Position numbers and translations under genes: made by a program. From the NCBI RefSeq assembly GCF_963506605.1, contig NC_083278.1, positions 68,882,001-68,946,000 of the forward strand: a stretch of 64,000 bases of DNA. The letters are read 5' to 3'. The notes under the pieces are model-generated. The model worked only from the letters and a program-made list of their open reading frames with translations. It was not told the DNA's origin and did no database searches. Every line of letters begins with the position of its first letter. Position 1 is the first letter of the stretch. This document shows, piece after piece, positions 37,907-49,502 of the stretch. Source of the stretch: Zootoca vivipara. Taxonomy: Eukaryota.

Positions 37907-38044
37907 CAAGGATCTTCAACTTAGTGCCCTCTAGGTATTTGGTCTGCAACTGTCATTATTCCTGACTATTGGTCTTGCTAGATGGGATTTCAGGGAAATG
38001 GAGTTCAAAACATTTGGGGGGGGGCATCATATTAGGGAAGGCTG
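37907..38044. mobile_element. Old degenerate hAT MITE of the same type
   Basis: Degenerate match to the CCCTCCAGATGTTTTGGACTACAA..GGTCTTGCTAG..AAAACATCTGGAGGG pattern. Confidence 0.55.
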
Positions 38045-39659
38045 TTGTAATTACTTGTCACAAGGCAGCTTATGTAGTGAAGACAAGGTGCTTTGTTAGA
38101 AGCTTGCTAACTGGAAAGAAGGTTGCTTAGGATAATGTGACCCCATTTCTACTTGACTTTTTTAGATCAATGTGGGGGTGGGTACATTGATCAGTCCTGT
38201 AGATATTCATATGGCACCTCTCCCACTCCCACATGCTGGAAAATGGAAACCTGCAGCACCTGGTGTTTAAACTGTTTTCAAAACCTTGATTTCAGTTTAC
38301 ATCTCTATGTGATAAGTCACTGAGTAAAACTAGGCCAGTGCTCAGAGTTGGCATGTACTACATAAGTGTTTTAACTTTGCATGAAATGTAAAGTAAACAT
38401 TCATGTCAAGTGATAAATATCCAGAAACTGAGAAGTGAGCAAAAAACAGTTACACCAAATAAGATATTGCTGTGATGAGGGCATCTGTTGTATTACTTCA
38501 TTCATTATAGAGGAAAACAGTCTTAAAATTGGTTCAAATTAGGAGTGAGGGGTAGGGAAACACTTGCTCTGAGAGCTGGGTTCAGACATGGCCAACTTTC
38601 CAAGGTTTCAGTGGTGGGTAAGACAGAAACAAAGCAAAATAAAATTCCTACCAGTGGAATAAATTCAAATAGTACAAAGAAAAATAAATACAATTTTATG
38701 CATTGGAATGAAACAAAAATTAAATTAAAATACATTTGCACACATTTCCTCTCTTCCTCATTCCCTAGCAAATGCTCAGTCTGCTCATTCCCCATCTCCA
38801 TTCCAGCAATGAGATTTGGGTGTTTGGAAAGATCCTGCTGCCTGAGCAGGCATAGAAGCAAAGGGGTTTTATCTCTTGGTCTTAATGCTAAGCAGCAAAT
38901 TGCTAAGATCAGAAATGAAAGCAAATGGCAGCATTTCTCACCACCTTCACTGGTTTGGGTTTTACTCTTTGAAGAGTGGACAGAGGGCTTAAACCTGATC
39001 TTGGCATCTTGTTGCTTAGTACAAAGACTGGAGGTATGACAACCTTCTGTCTGCTTTTTAAGGGCTTATTTCCAAACTCAGTAGAATGATGTAGAATGAT
39101 TGGCAGATGGGTGAGGCTTTCTGAGATAGACCTGACAGGCCAGATTGAGGGATGTGGTGGGTCTGAAGTTCTCCATCACTGATTCTAGGTAGATTTGGTT
39201 TTAGGAGCTGATTCATGTAGGTCAGATCTGAGTGCTATTGGGCCATTGCATAGCTCAGTCAGGATTTTTGCCTATCTCTTGGTTGCAACCCAGCATATGC
39301 ATATCAAAATAAAGCATGCTGCTTTAGTCTGAAACCATTCAGTGTTAATGTAAAGCAGACTTTTTCGAAGCATCATCCTATTACTGATGGCAGTGAGTGG
39401 GGTGAGCAAGCAGGTGAGTGAGCTGGACTTGTGGCAGTGGAGTAGTTCAAGTAAGGGGCTGGAGAGGGTGAGTGAGATTGACTTGTGGAGGTGGCGTGGG
39501 TCAGTCAACAGGGGAGATGCGTTGGCATTCTGTGCTGTGGTGCTTTGGCAAGGAGTAAGGTGGAGGGTAGGGTAGGGAGTCTTAGGGGGGAGTGGGGTTT
39601 GAGAGCAAAGTGAACAGGGACTGATACTCACAAATAGCTAATCATTGGTATGTATTCGG

Positions 39660-39756
39660 AACAAAATACCCCCCCCCTTCCAGTAGCACCTTAGAGACCA
39701 ACTAAGTTTGTCATTGGTATGAGCTTTCGTGTGCATGCACACTTCTTCAGATATGT
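39660..39756 (-). mobile_element. Penelope-like terminal fragment with minimal hammerhead motif (antisense)
   Basis: Reverse complement ATATCTGAAGAAGTGTGCATGCACACGAAAGCTCATACC..AAACTTAGTTGGTCTCTAAGGTGCTACTG; flanking ATTGGTATGTATT at 39644-39656 and 39757-39769. Confidence 0.7.
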
Positions 39757-39837
39757 ATTGGTATGTATTGCCATGGGGGTAGTTCTTGTATTTGTCACTC
39801 TGAAAAAAGTCACAAAGGGAGTTACAAACTCCTAATA

Positions 39838-40264
39838 CAGTGGAACCTCGGTTTATCAACACCTCGGTTTATGAATTTTCAGTTTATGAACGCTGCGGAC
39901 CCATCTGGAATGGATTAATTCACTTTCCATTACTTTCAATGGGAAAGTTCGCTTCAGTTTATGAACACTTCAGTTTATGAACAGACTTCCGGAACCAATT
40001 ACACCCATGCTTCGGGTTAAGTACGCTTTAGGTTGAGTACTCCGCGGACCTGTCTGGAACGCATTAATCCACTTTCCATTAGTTTCAATGGGGAAGTTTG
40101 CTTCAGTTTATGAACACTTCAGTTTAAGTACTCCGCGGACCGTCTGGAACAGATTAATCCACTTTCCATTACTTTCAATGGGAAAGTTCGCTTCAGTTTA
40201 TGAACGCTTCAGTTTATGAACAGACGTCCGGAACCAATTGTGTTCATAAACCAAGGTACCACTG
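39838..40264. mobile_element. Tigger-like MITE with internal ~90-bp repeats
   Basis: TA|CAGTGGAACCTCGG...CCAAGGTACCACTG|TA; three copies of GCGGACC..CTGGAA..ATTAAT.CACTTTCCATTA.TTTCAATGGG.AAGTT.GCTTCAGTTTATGAAC. Confidence 0.88.
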
Positions 40265-40485
40265 TACTAAGGCCCTGTGGATTACTCCTGCCTTTGCTGC
40301 CATACACAGTAACAAAAACCAATGAAAAACACTGGAACCATATTTCTTCTACATGCCTCCCATAAGCACTGCAATTAGAAGTAAAAAAGAGCATTGGTAA
40401 AATTATTCCTTGGTTGAAAGCTTGCACTACTCTTCCTCCTTACATGGTTTTCCCCATACGGAGCAAAATAAAACAGACACTTTTA

Positions 40486-42167
40486 CAGTGGAACCTCAGT
40501 TTATGAACACCTCGGTTTATGAATTTTCGGTTTATGAACGCCGCGGACCCATCTGGAACGGATTAATTCACTTTCCATTACTTTCAATGGGAAAGTTCGC
40601 TTCAGTTTATGAACGCTTCAGTTTATGAAAAGACTTCCGGAACCAATTACACCCATGTTTCAGTTTATGAACGCTTCAGTTTAAGTACTTCGCGGACCCG
40701 TCTGGAATGGATTAATCCACTTTCCATTACTTTCAATGTGAAAGTTCGCTTCAGTTTATTTTTTTATTTTTTTTAAAAAAATACTTTATTTCTTATTAAA
40801 CATGTTACAGAAAAAAACGAAAAAAGAATAAAGAATAGAAAATAAAGGCTACATTGAATATTAACTTATATCAGTCATACATACAGAAAATAGCTCAAGC
40901 AAATCATAAATACAAACTACAAAAGCAAATTTAACTCAAACCAATCATAAATACCATGTGATCATTCATTCAACATTAAAATGCCAATAAAGACCAAGGA
41001 TACCTACTGGGTACAAACTAAGCAACGTATATATATATAAAAAAATCATCCATGTAGCAGTTCCCCGTCTCCTTGGCATGAATAAAGGAAAAGGGGAAGG
41101 GAAGGAGGAGAAACGGACGAATAGTAAAAAGGGAAGAGGAGGAAGAAAAGGGAGGGGAAGAAGAAGGGGGGGGAAGAAGGGAAAAGGAGGGAAAGGGGAA
41201 AAGGAGAAAAGGAAAAAAGAAAAAAAATGGTTGCTTCCTACTATTTACAATACGCTTTACTTTATATACTCATTTTTCCTTACCGTACTACTGTATTTTC
41301 TCATTTTTAACTTCTTCCTTTTTGTATTCTCATATCTCCTCTCCTCTTATATCTCTATTCTAAGCATGTCACCAAATTATTCTCTATGTTTTCTTTTTCC
41401 AGGTATTCCTGTACATACTTCCATTCTTTTATTATTTTTTGCCTAGATACATTTCTTATTATTGCCGTTAGTTTTGCCATTTTCAGATAATCTATCAATT
41501 TCTCCTGCCACTCTTGTACCAATGGTAATTTTTCTTCTTTCCAATTTGCGGCGATCAACATCCTTCCTGCCGCACAAGCATATAACAAAATATTTATTCT
41601 ATCTGTTGGTATGTTTGTCGGAACCATACTCAAAAGGAATAGCTCAGGGTTTTTCTCAAATGTGCATTTCATCATTTTTTTCATTTTTTCATATACCTCG
41701 TTCCAGAATTTTGCCACCTTTGGGCACGTCCACCAGCAGTGGAAAAAGTTTCCCACTTTCTCATGACATTTCCAGCATTTGCCATCTCCAGATCCGTGAT
41801 ATTTTGCAATCTTCTCTGGGGTTATATACTATCTGTGGAACATTTTTAGGATGTTTTCTCTAATTGTTATGCATGCTGTAAATTTAGAGTCCGAATTCCA
41901 TAATTTTTCCCACTGGTGAACTTGAATTGACTTGCCCACATCTACTGCCCATTTTATCATTACCTTTTTGGTTAACTCATCTTTTAGTTCCCATTCCAAT
42001 AGGAGAAAGTTCGCTTCAGTTTATGAACGGTTACTCCGCGGACCGTCTGGAACGGATTAATCCACTTTCCATTACTTTCAAAGGGAAAGTTCGCTTCAGT
42101 TTATGAACGCTTCAGTTTATGAACAGACTTCCGGAACCAATTGTGTTCATAAACCGAGGTACCACTG
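40486..42167. mobile_element. Second Tigger-like MITE of the same family, interrupted by an L1
   Basis: TA|CAGTGGAACCTC...CCGAGGTACCACTG|TA; the host sequence resumes at 42005. Confidence 0.85.
40760..42004 (-). mobile_element. L1-clade LINE 3' end (ORF2 CCHC region, 3'UTR, A-rich tail)
   Basis: Minus-strand KCWKCHEKVGNFFHCWWTCPKVAKFW...IAANWK motif; poly(T) on + at 40760; 20-bp duplication GAAAGTTCGCTTCAGTTTAT (40740-40759, 42005-42024). Confidence 0.85.
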
Positions 42168-42620
42168 TACAGACATTGAATCTGTCTGTTTACCTCTGTC
42201 AGTAAGGAATCTTTGGGAGGACTCTGATTTAGTTAAAGTCACTTAGAAGACCCCTGCCTCAATTTGGGCAACTCAAAAATCCCCTGAATCAACCCAATTC
42301 CCTGATCTGGGAGTTACCCAAAGCAATTTGACATGTGTACAGAATTCCCTAGTGCTAGGGTTCCTCGTGCTTACAAAAAGTTGGATGCAACATTCTTCCT
42401 CCCCCAATCCATAGCAAACCATCATTTTTGTAGATCATTCATAGAAGACAGATGGCATAGGTGTTTCTGTGAAAGAAAAATATTTTAAATTATTCTTTGA
42501 TGAATCCTGGGGAAGTGTTGAAAGGGGCATATTCTGGTAATATTTTCACACAAAAATTAAGGTGAAATGTATGTATACTACAACAGTGTTTGCTTTTTGT
42601 TTTCCCTGAATGTTTTAAGG

Positions 42621-42812
42621 CAGGGGTCCTCAAACTTTTTAAACGGGCCAGTTCACTGTCCCTCAGACACTGTTGGGGACTGGGCTATGGTTTGAAAAAA
42701 ATATGAACATATTCCTATGCACACTGCACATATTTTATTTGTAGTGCACAAAAACAGAAAAAACAATACAATATTTAAAATGAATGATTTTAATCAACAT
42801 AAACTTATAAGT
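42621..42812 (+). mobile_element. hAT element left arm resembling OposCharlie1 (OC1)-type non-autonomous elements
   Basis: Begins CAGGGGTCCTCAAACTTTTTAAAC..GGCCAGTTCACTGTCCCTCAGAC..TATGAAC..ATTCCTATGCACACTGCACATAT (recalled consensus); no right TIR found. Confidence 0.55.
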
Positions 42813-42823
42813 ATTTAAATGGC

Positions 42824-43531
42824 CTTGATGGCAGAAAGTGAGGAGGAATTAAAGAACCTTTTAATGAGGGTGAAAGAGGAGAGCGCAAAATATGGTCTGA
42901 AGCTCAACATCAAAAAACCCAAGATCATGGCCGCTGGTCCCGTCACCTCCTGGCAGATTGAAGGGGAAGAAATGGAGGCAGTGAGAGATTTTACTTTCTT
43001 GGGTTCCATGATCACTGCAGATGATGACAGCAGTCACGAAATTAAAAGACGCCTGCTTCTTGGGTGAAAAGCAATGTCAAACCTAGACAGCATCTTAAAA
43101 AGCAGAGCCATCACCTTGCCGACAAAGGCCCGTATAGTAAAAGCTATGGTTTTCCCAGCAGTGATGTATGGAAGTGAGAGCTGGACCATAAAGAAGGCTG
43201 ATCGCTGAAGAATTGATGCTTTTGAATTACATTATGGTGCTGGAGGAGACTCTTGAGAGCCCCATGGGCTGCAAGAAGATGAAACCTATCCATTCTTAAG
43301 GAAATCAGCCCTGAGTGCTCACTGGAAGGACAGATCGTGAAGCTGAGGCTCCAATACTTTGGCCACCTCATGAGAAGAGAAGAAAAGACCCTGATGTTGG
43401 GAAAGATTGAGGGCAGAAGGAGAAGCTACCAACACGAGTCTGACCAAACTGGAGAGGCAGTGGAAGACAGGAGTGCCTGGCGTGCTCTGGTCCATGGGGT
43501 CAAGAAGAGTCGGACATGACTAAACAACAAC
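42824..43531 (+). mobile_element. BovB LINE, 5'-truncated
   Basis: LMAESEEELKNLLMRVKEESAKYGLKLNIKK..; (CAA)n tail; 11-bp TSD ATTTAAATGGC (42813-42823, 43532-43542). Confidence 0.92.
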
Positions 43532-44061
43532 ATTTAAATGGCAGCCGGGGGGGGGATACAAGGGGGGGAAGGGCGACCGAGTAGAGGAAGGAAAGGAAAG
43601 AGGCATCGCCTCAAGCTCTGGGTGTCGGCAGCATCTGGCTGCTCCTCCCTCAGTGCCCTCCGGTGTGCTCTCACTGCTCAGTCTTGGCCAACACTTCCTT
43701 CATGCAACCACCATGCAGGCCCTGCTGTTGCACCATGCCCATTGTCCCTTCACATTGCTGTCAGATCCCTCTCCCAATCCGCTCCCTAAGAAAACAATCC
43801 CTGAGCAATAAAATAATACCAATCCATGAACTTTGGCTGAGGTTGTTCCTTGTAGGAATGGAGGCTTGAGTTTTTACTTCCGGTTTTGTTTTCATTGTGT
43901 CACTTGTATCTGCTAGTACCAAAGAAGAGAATACTGTAGTCATAGCCAATAGGAGCTTGAGGTAAAGCTAAAATTTAGAAAACATTTCTGTGCGGTGTTC
44001 CAGTAAAAGAATGGTACAGTTTGAAGAACAGTAAATGTTTTTTGAAATACCTGCTCTGCTA

Positions 44062-44892
44062 CCGTGTTTTCCCCTTTTTAAGACACCGTCTTATTCTTTT
44101 TTTACTCAAAAAAACACACGGTGTCTTATTTTCAGGGGATGTCTTGTACCTTAAGGCCTCCTCGGAGGGGCCAGGCAGCTGGCTCGGGGTGCTGCTGGGT
44201 GCTCCGCTCTGCAGCTGCCGGTTCCGGTGGCGGGGCGGCAGGCAAAAAAGAGGCCAGGCCGCTGCGCTCCGCCCGGCGCTGCAGGGCGTTCCGGGCGCTC
44301 GGCGCTGCTGGGTGCTCCTCTCTGCAGCTGCCGGTTCCGGTAGCGGGGCGGCAGGCAAAAAAGAGAAATAGAGAGGCCGGGACGCTGTGCTCCGCCCGGC
44401 GCTGCGGAGCGCTCCGCTCTGCAGCCGCCAGTTCTGGTGGCGGGGCGGCAGGCAAAAAAAGAAAAAAAAGAGGCCAGGCCGCTGCGTTCCGCTCGGCGCT
44501 GCAGGGCGTTCCGGGCGCTCGGCGCTGCTGGATGCTCCTCTCTGCAGCTGCCGGTTCCGGTAGCGTGGCGGCAGGCAAAAAAGAGAAATAGAGAGGCCAG
44601 GACGCTGCGCTCCGCCCGGCGCTGCGGAGCGCTCTGCTCTGCAGCCGCCGGTTCCAGTGGCGGGGCGGCAGGCCGCCTCGGACAGTCAAAAAAAGAGAGG
44701 CCAGGCTGCTGGCCGGTTCCAGGCCCCTCTGGCTGGCTGGGTCCCGCTGGCCGGCTGGGGCGCTCGGCGGTCTCGTTCTACACGGCATGGAGGTATGCCT
44801 TATTTTCAGGGGGTGTCTTATATTTCACTAATGCTAAAAAAATGTTGCCATGGCTTACTTTCTGACTACGTATTAAAAAAGGGGAAACACGG
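44062..44892. mobile_element. Tc2/pogo-like element with GC-rich internal tandem repeat
   Basis: TA|CCGTGTTTTCCCCTTTTT...AAAAAAGGGGAAACACGG|TA; ~210-bp unit repeated ~2.2 times at 44201-44672. Confidence 0.85.
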
Positions 44893-45633
44893 TACTAATG
44901 TTTGAAATGCTACTTAAGCTATAGTATGTTAAAATTTATCAGATATACTGAAAAATTCCTACATATAAAAAAGTCAGTGGTATCAACAGGTAATGATGCT
45001 CGCAGTGCTGGTGTTTGGAGTATTAAGCAAGTAGCACTTTCAGGCCTGATGTCTGAAAGTTGTTTCAAAAGTGTACAAAACAGTTGCATCTGCTAACCAG
45101 CTTGCTGCTACAATATGGTAATAAGGCCTTGTACTGCATAACATCTGAGTCTTTGGTTCTCAGTTGTGCGTTTCATTCATGCCCTGTTAAAGTGTACCTT
45201 CCCTCCAAAATGTGTGGGCCCTGGGTAAAATTTGTGGAATTTTAGCAACTAATCAATGTGCTCAAGTTTCAAAACATTCTGCTATGAATTGTGAATTGAA
45301 CGCTACACCAATTTTGAAATGTTAGTTTGAAAGGCTGTTTAGATTCAAACCTGTTTGTGTATGGAAGATGTTGCTTTAAATGCTGAAGCCATTTGATAGG
45401 AGTGCTGCACTTGGGGTGAGGGCTTTGCAACCCTGCAGTTCCATTTTTATAATAGAAAATGATAAAATAGAGTTTGCTGCCAAATTAAAATGCTGCCAAA
45501 TAGTTAAAAATATATTATCAGTCTCATATGACAAGCCAGTCATTCTAACCACTATGAACTGGATTCACAAAGGAAATTGATAGAAGGAAAAAATTAAATC
45601 ACAAAGAACACAGAAATAAGAAATAACATCTGT

Positions 45634-45819
45634 TGTGCAGTAGTGGTTAGTGGTTGGACTAGGACCTGGGAGACAGCTTTCCGGGTCATGTGGCCAGCAT
45701 GACTAAACTGCTTCTGGCACAACAGAACACTGTGACTGAACCAGAGCGCAGGGAAACACTGTTTACCTTCCCACTGCATCGGTACCTATTTACTTGCACT
45801 GGTGTGCTTTCGAACTGCT
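45634..45819. mobile_element. Chimeric SINE remnant: tRNA-derived head (+) joined to a Sauria SINE body (-)
   Basis: GTAGTGGTTAG..TTGGACTAGGACCTGGGAGAC, then CAGCTTTCCGGGTCATGTGGCCAGCATGACT..TTCGAACTGCT. Confidence 0.6.
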
Positions 45820-47790
45820 GTGTAAGAGAAATGAGTGCAAAGGAAAACAGTAATTTGCAGTGAATCCTATTAATGTATGTGATCAAAAGAGCTACTTAAA
45901 GTAATGTAACAGTTTTTTGCTACCTAGTGGAATTCCCTTTCTTAAAACATGACAAACTGCTTTAGAAACTTTACTGGTTTTAACATGGGGAGACTACTGT
46001 ACTATTCAGTCTAAAGTTTGTTTTAGTTGAGAATTCTGTACACTGCATAGATGTATTTTATGTGAGTTTGTGTTAGAGAAATGAAATTACTGTTATTATG
46101 CTTAAGTGTAACTGGATGTGCTCTTTGAATTTTTTTTCCATTTTGGATACAATAGTAAATATTCTGCACCACAGTCTAAAGTGACTACTAGTTAATTAGA
46201 TTCTGTTGTACCGAATACCAACAGAATGTATAAATTTAATGAAAGACAACATTTATCAAAAATGGAATAGGGCAGAGAGGAACAGAAAATTATTCTTTAA
46301 GAGATGCTTCCAAAACATTGGTTTAGTAACTTAGGAAGATTCTGCCCCTCCACCCTGTACATGTATTTAAAGTTTCGTTTTTGTTTAGCTTTATTTCAGC
46401 AGCCTGTAAGTAGTCATATGTGTTGCCTGTGGCACGGAATAATTCTCTATACTACAAGGCAAGAAAGCCTGTTTGAATTTGAGAAAGAGTTGGGGCCAGT
46501 GTGCCCTAATGGCAGAAGTAAGGTTTGTAGGGGAGGTGAGCTAGAGAAACTGTTGTCTAATAATTGCTGTGCACTGAATTTGTGAGGCTTCTACTGATAT
46601 TGGTATCATTTTATGTTCCTAACGTTACACATGGGTGTCTGTTTAACTTGCCAAAATGTGGGCCTTTAAAAAGAAAAGTAAAGCAAAGCCACATTCAAGC
46701 CTGCAGTCCTCAGTAACACTTGCTTGAAAACCTAGCTGATTGATCTTGGTAAATGCAAGGTTCATTTCTGTCAAAGCAGTGATATTCTGTGACTTCATCA
46801 TGATGTGAGGTGTGACATGAATTACTTAAGAGCTGAATAGTCATTTCTATTTGGTCAGTATTATCTAAAATGGTTCCTTTTGAGTTCCCAGCCCCACATT
46901 TGAAGCATGTACAGTAGATGTTATTTTTTCTTTTTGAATATCTGGTTTGTTGCATTGGTCTGGAAATAGGTTGTTGGCTTTGGTTCCTTCATTTATGATT
47001 GGATCACTACTAGGTGAGGGTTCAGAAGATTGTCCAGACTGATTCTTGAGCATTAGACCTGATGTGATCATGTGTATTTCAATGGACCCAACAAAGTTCT
47101 AGAATTCCTAGGAATTTTCTGTTTGCTATAGTTTCCTCTGAAGTTGAACCCTTACGGTAACATCCTGTGATTCCCGCCTGATTGTGCAATGAAGTTTCCA
47201 CTTGTGCAATGGAACTTCCTCTCCTCCCACCTCCCATAATTATTCTGTAGTGCTCCCCGCCCCTCAGAAGCAACTTTTGGGGGCCCGCAGCCATAAGGAG
47301 AGGAAGAAAGTCCTGTTGCACTATTGTGATGTTGGATGATACCTATCATGCCTGGATTTGATTTCATAAAGCAAGCAAAAACACTTTTATTTTGGACATA
47401 TAAATAGTTCATGAGGTTTCAGTATTTTGCCTGAATCAAAATTTGAAGGTAGACTTGAGTAAAATATTATGGTAACAATAACTAAGAGGTTTTGTATTGG
47501 CAATTTTACTTCCAGTTGTATTTTTTAGAAAGCAAATATATGATGAAGCAGTAAATGGAACTGATGAGTTTCCCTGCACCAATTATAAAGCAGAATGTCC
47601 TCTCCTACCTCAGAGTACCTTCTAATTGCATTAATAGAACATTATAAACCATAAAGTTTATATAAATGTCCATAATTTGTCCATAATGTCCATAAATGTC
47701 ATCCCATAAAATGACAATAAATTGATAAATAAATGTTTTAGAAATTTTAGTGTCTTGAGTTTAACACAAAGTATACATTTCCCCCCACAG

Positions 47791-47933
47791 AAATTAGCAG
47801 AGTACGGAAAGACATGTATAACGACACGTTAAATGGAAGCACGGAGAAGAGAAGTGCAGAATTACCTGATGCTGTGGGACCTATTGTACAGTTACAAGAG
47901 AAACTATATGTGCCTGTAAAAGAATTTCCAGAT
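47791..47933 (+). CDS. QKI: QKI coding exon 2 (143 nt; aa 48-95, QUA1 end, linker and start of KH domain)
   Basis: CAG|AAATTAGC..., translates (E)[47 protein letters not shown]; donor GAT|GTAAGT; exons 1+2 = 285 nt = 95 codons in frame. Confidence 0.98.
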
Positions 47934-49502
47934 GTAAGTACCTTCTTTTGGTGAATCTATCTTCTGGCTTACAGCTTGTGCAATATTCTCTCAGTGTGGC
48001 TTCATGTTTGCCAGTTTTCTAGATCTAAGAATACTACTGAGGTATAAGGTCTGATAAATAGAGCAATCTTTATTTTTTATTTTATGGCTTATATCTTGCT
48101 GTTTTTCTGGACTAAACTAAGATTAAGAAAGTGGTCACTTCACAAAGTATAATGAGCTGTTAGCGGCATTAGCTATTGTCAAATGCTTGGCAAAACAATA
48201 CTGTCCTGGAAGCTGCGTGATTCTGTCATTATGCCAAGGGGTGAGACCATTTGTACTCATCCCCACAGCACCTGCAGTTTGTGTGCTCAGGATCAACTCA
48301 CCTGTCTCCAATGAGATGTTTCTGAAATGTTCCCATATGTGAGCCTTCCTATGTCTAAGAACAGGGATAGGCTAGCTTGCTGCTCAGATGATAATTTGGT
48401 AGGACCCTTTTCTGTAACATATGGGATTACACTTCAGAATACATGACATCTTGCCTCTACAACAGAATAACAATTGAAACTTCATATTGGATGAACTTCT
48501 GCAAAGCTAAAGTTTTTCTAATTAAAAAAACAACTCTTTAAACATCAAGATCTACATTGAAATATCTTGAGTAATAAGTTTTGATTTGCTAATACAGTAG
48601 TTGGAAAAAATGTGGCTAGCAAGTTTCATTTTTTTATACAGTGGCAGTATAGTTTAACGGAAGGCAACCAACATTCAAATGTGATTGACTGGTCATTTGA
48701 CCATTTTGTTTTGAGAGAAGTATCCAATCTTATGTCTATTCTTTTGGAAATATACACAATCTGTGCAGTTGCTTTTCTGAGAATATCTAGGATTCGATTG
48801 AGCCCTACCTATTATGGGCACAGCACTTGCAGGCACATTGAACTGAGTTTGGGAAGTGTGCTCAAACTTTCTATACTTGTCACAGCTGAGCATGTTGAGT
48901 GTCTATACATGCATGTTTTAGTTAAAAAAAAGGAAAGAAACTATACTGATAAGAGCAATGGTAACTTTTTCAGTTACTGTAAGTAACAGACAATTATAAA
49001 TTAGTACATAAAACAGTTACTACTAAATGGAAAGCTGTGATATTGCTCTTCCTGAATTAATAATGGTTGAGTAAATTATGGAATGAAGACATAACAAACT
49101 AAGGAATTCAGAGTCCATATAATTTTATTCAAAAACCTTTTAAAATGCAGGATAGGGTAGCATTTACTGTCTTAATACAGTGAATGGGGCATGGGACCAG
49201 AAAATGCAGGGGGCGGGGCGGGGTGGGGCGGGAGAGGAGCACTCCACTCAAAAAAAGCAAAAAATACCAACCCTGGGACAGGGCTTCTGCCAAGTTGCTG
49301 CTTTTTCTGAAATCGCTTTTCATGCTGCTTGCTGATTTGGGCTGATGAGAATGTCATATTTCTATTTTTATTAGCTCCTGGTTCTTGTTGCTTTCAGACT
49401 TTGAAATCCTTTGAAATGCATAGGGCCATTTTCTTGCTATCTACACTATTCCCAGTTTAAATTTCCCACCCTCCAAAACAACTATCTGTTTCCAGGGGAG
49501 AA

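Larger units (their letters stand above)
6708..47790 (+). other. QKI: QKI intron 1 (41,083 bp, phase 1)
   Basis: GTAAAT...TTTCCCCCCACAG; G+AA rebuilds the E48 codon across the junction; branch-like TTTAAC at 47760-47765. Confidence 0.95.

Noticed and set aside
39838-42167. CRISPR-like look of the recurring CACTTTCCATTACTTTCAATGGGAAAGTT repeat
   Set aside because: The sequences between repeats are themselves repeated, the array is bounded by TIRs and a TA TSD, the context is eukaryotic, and there are no cas genes
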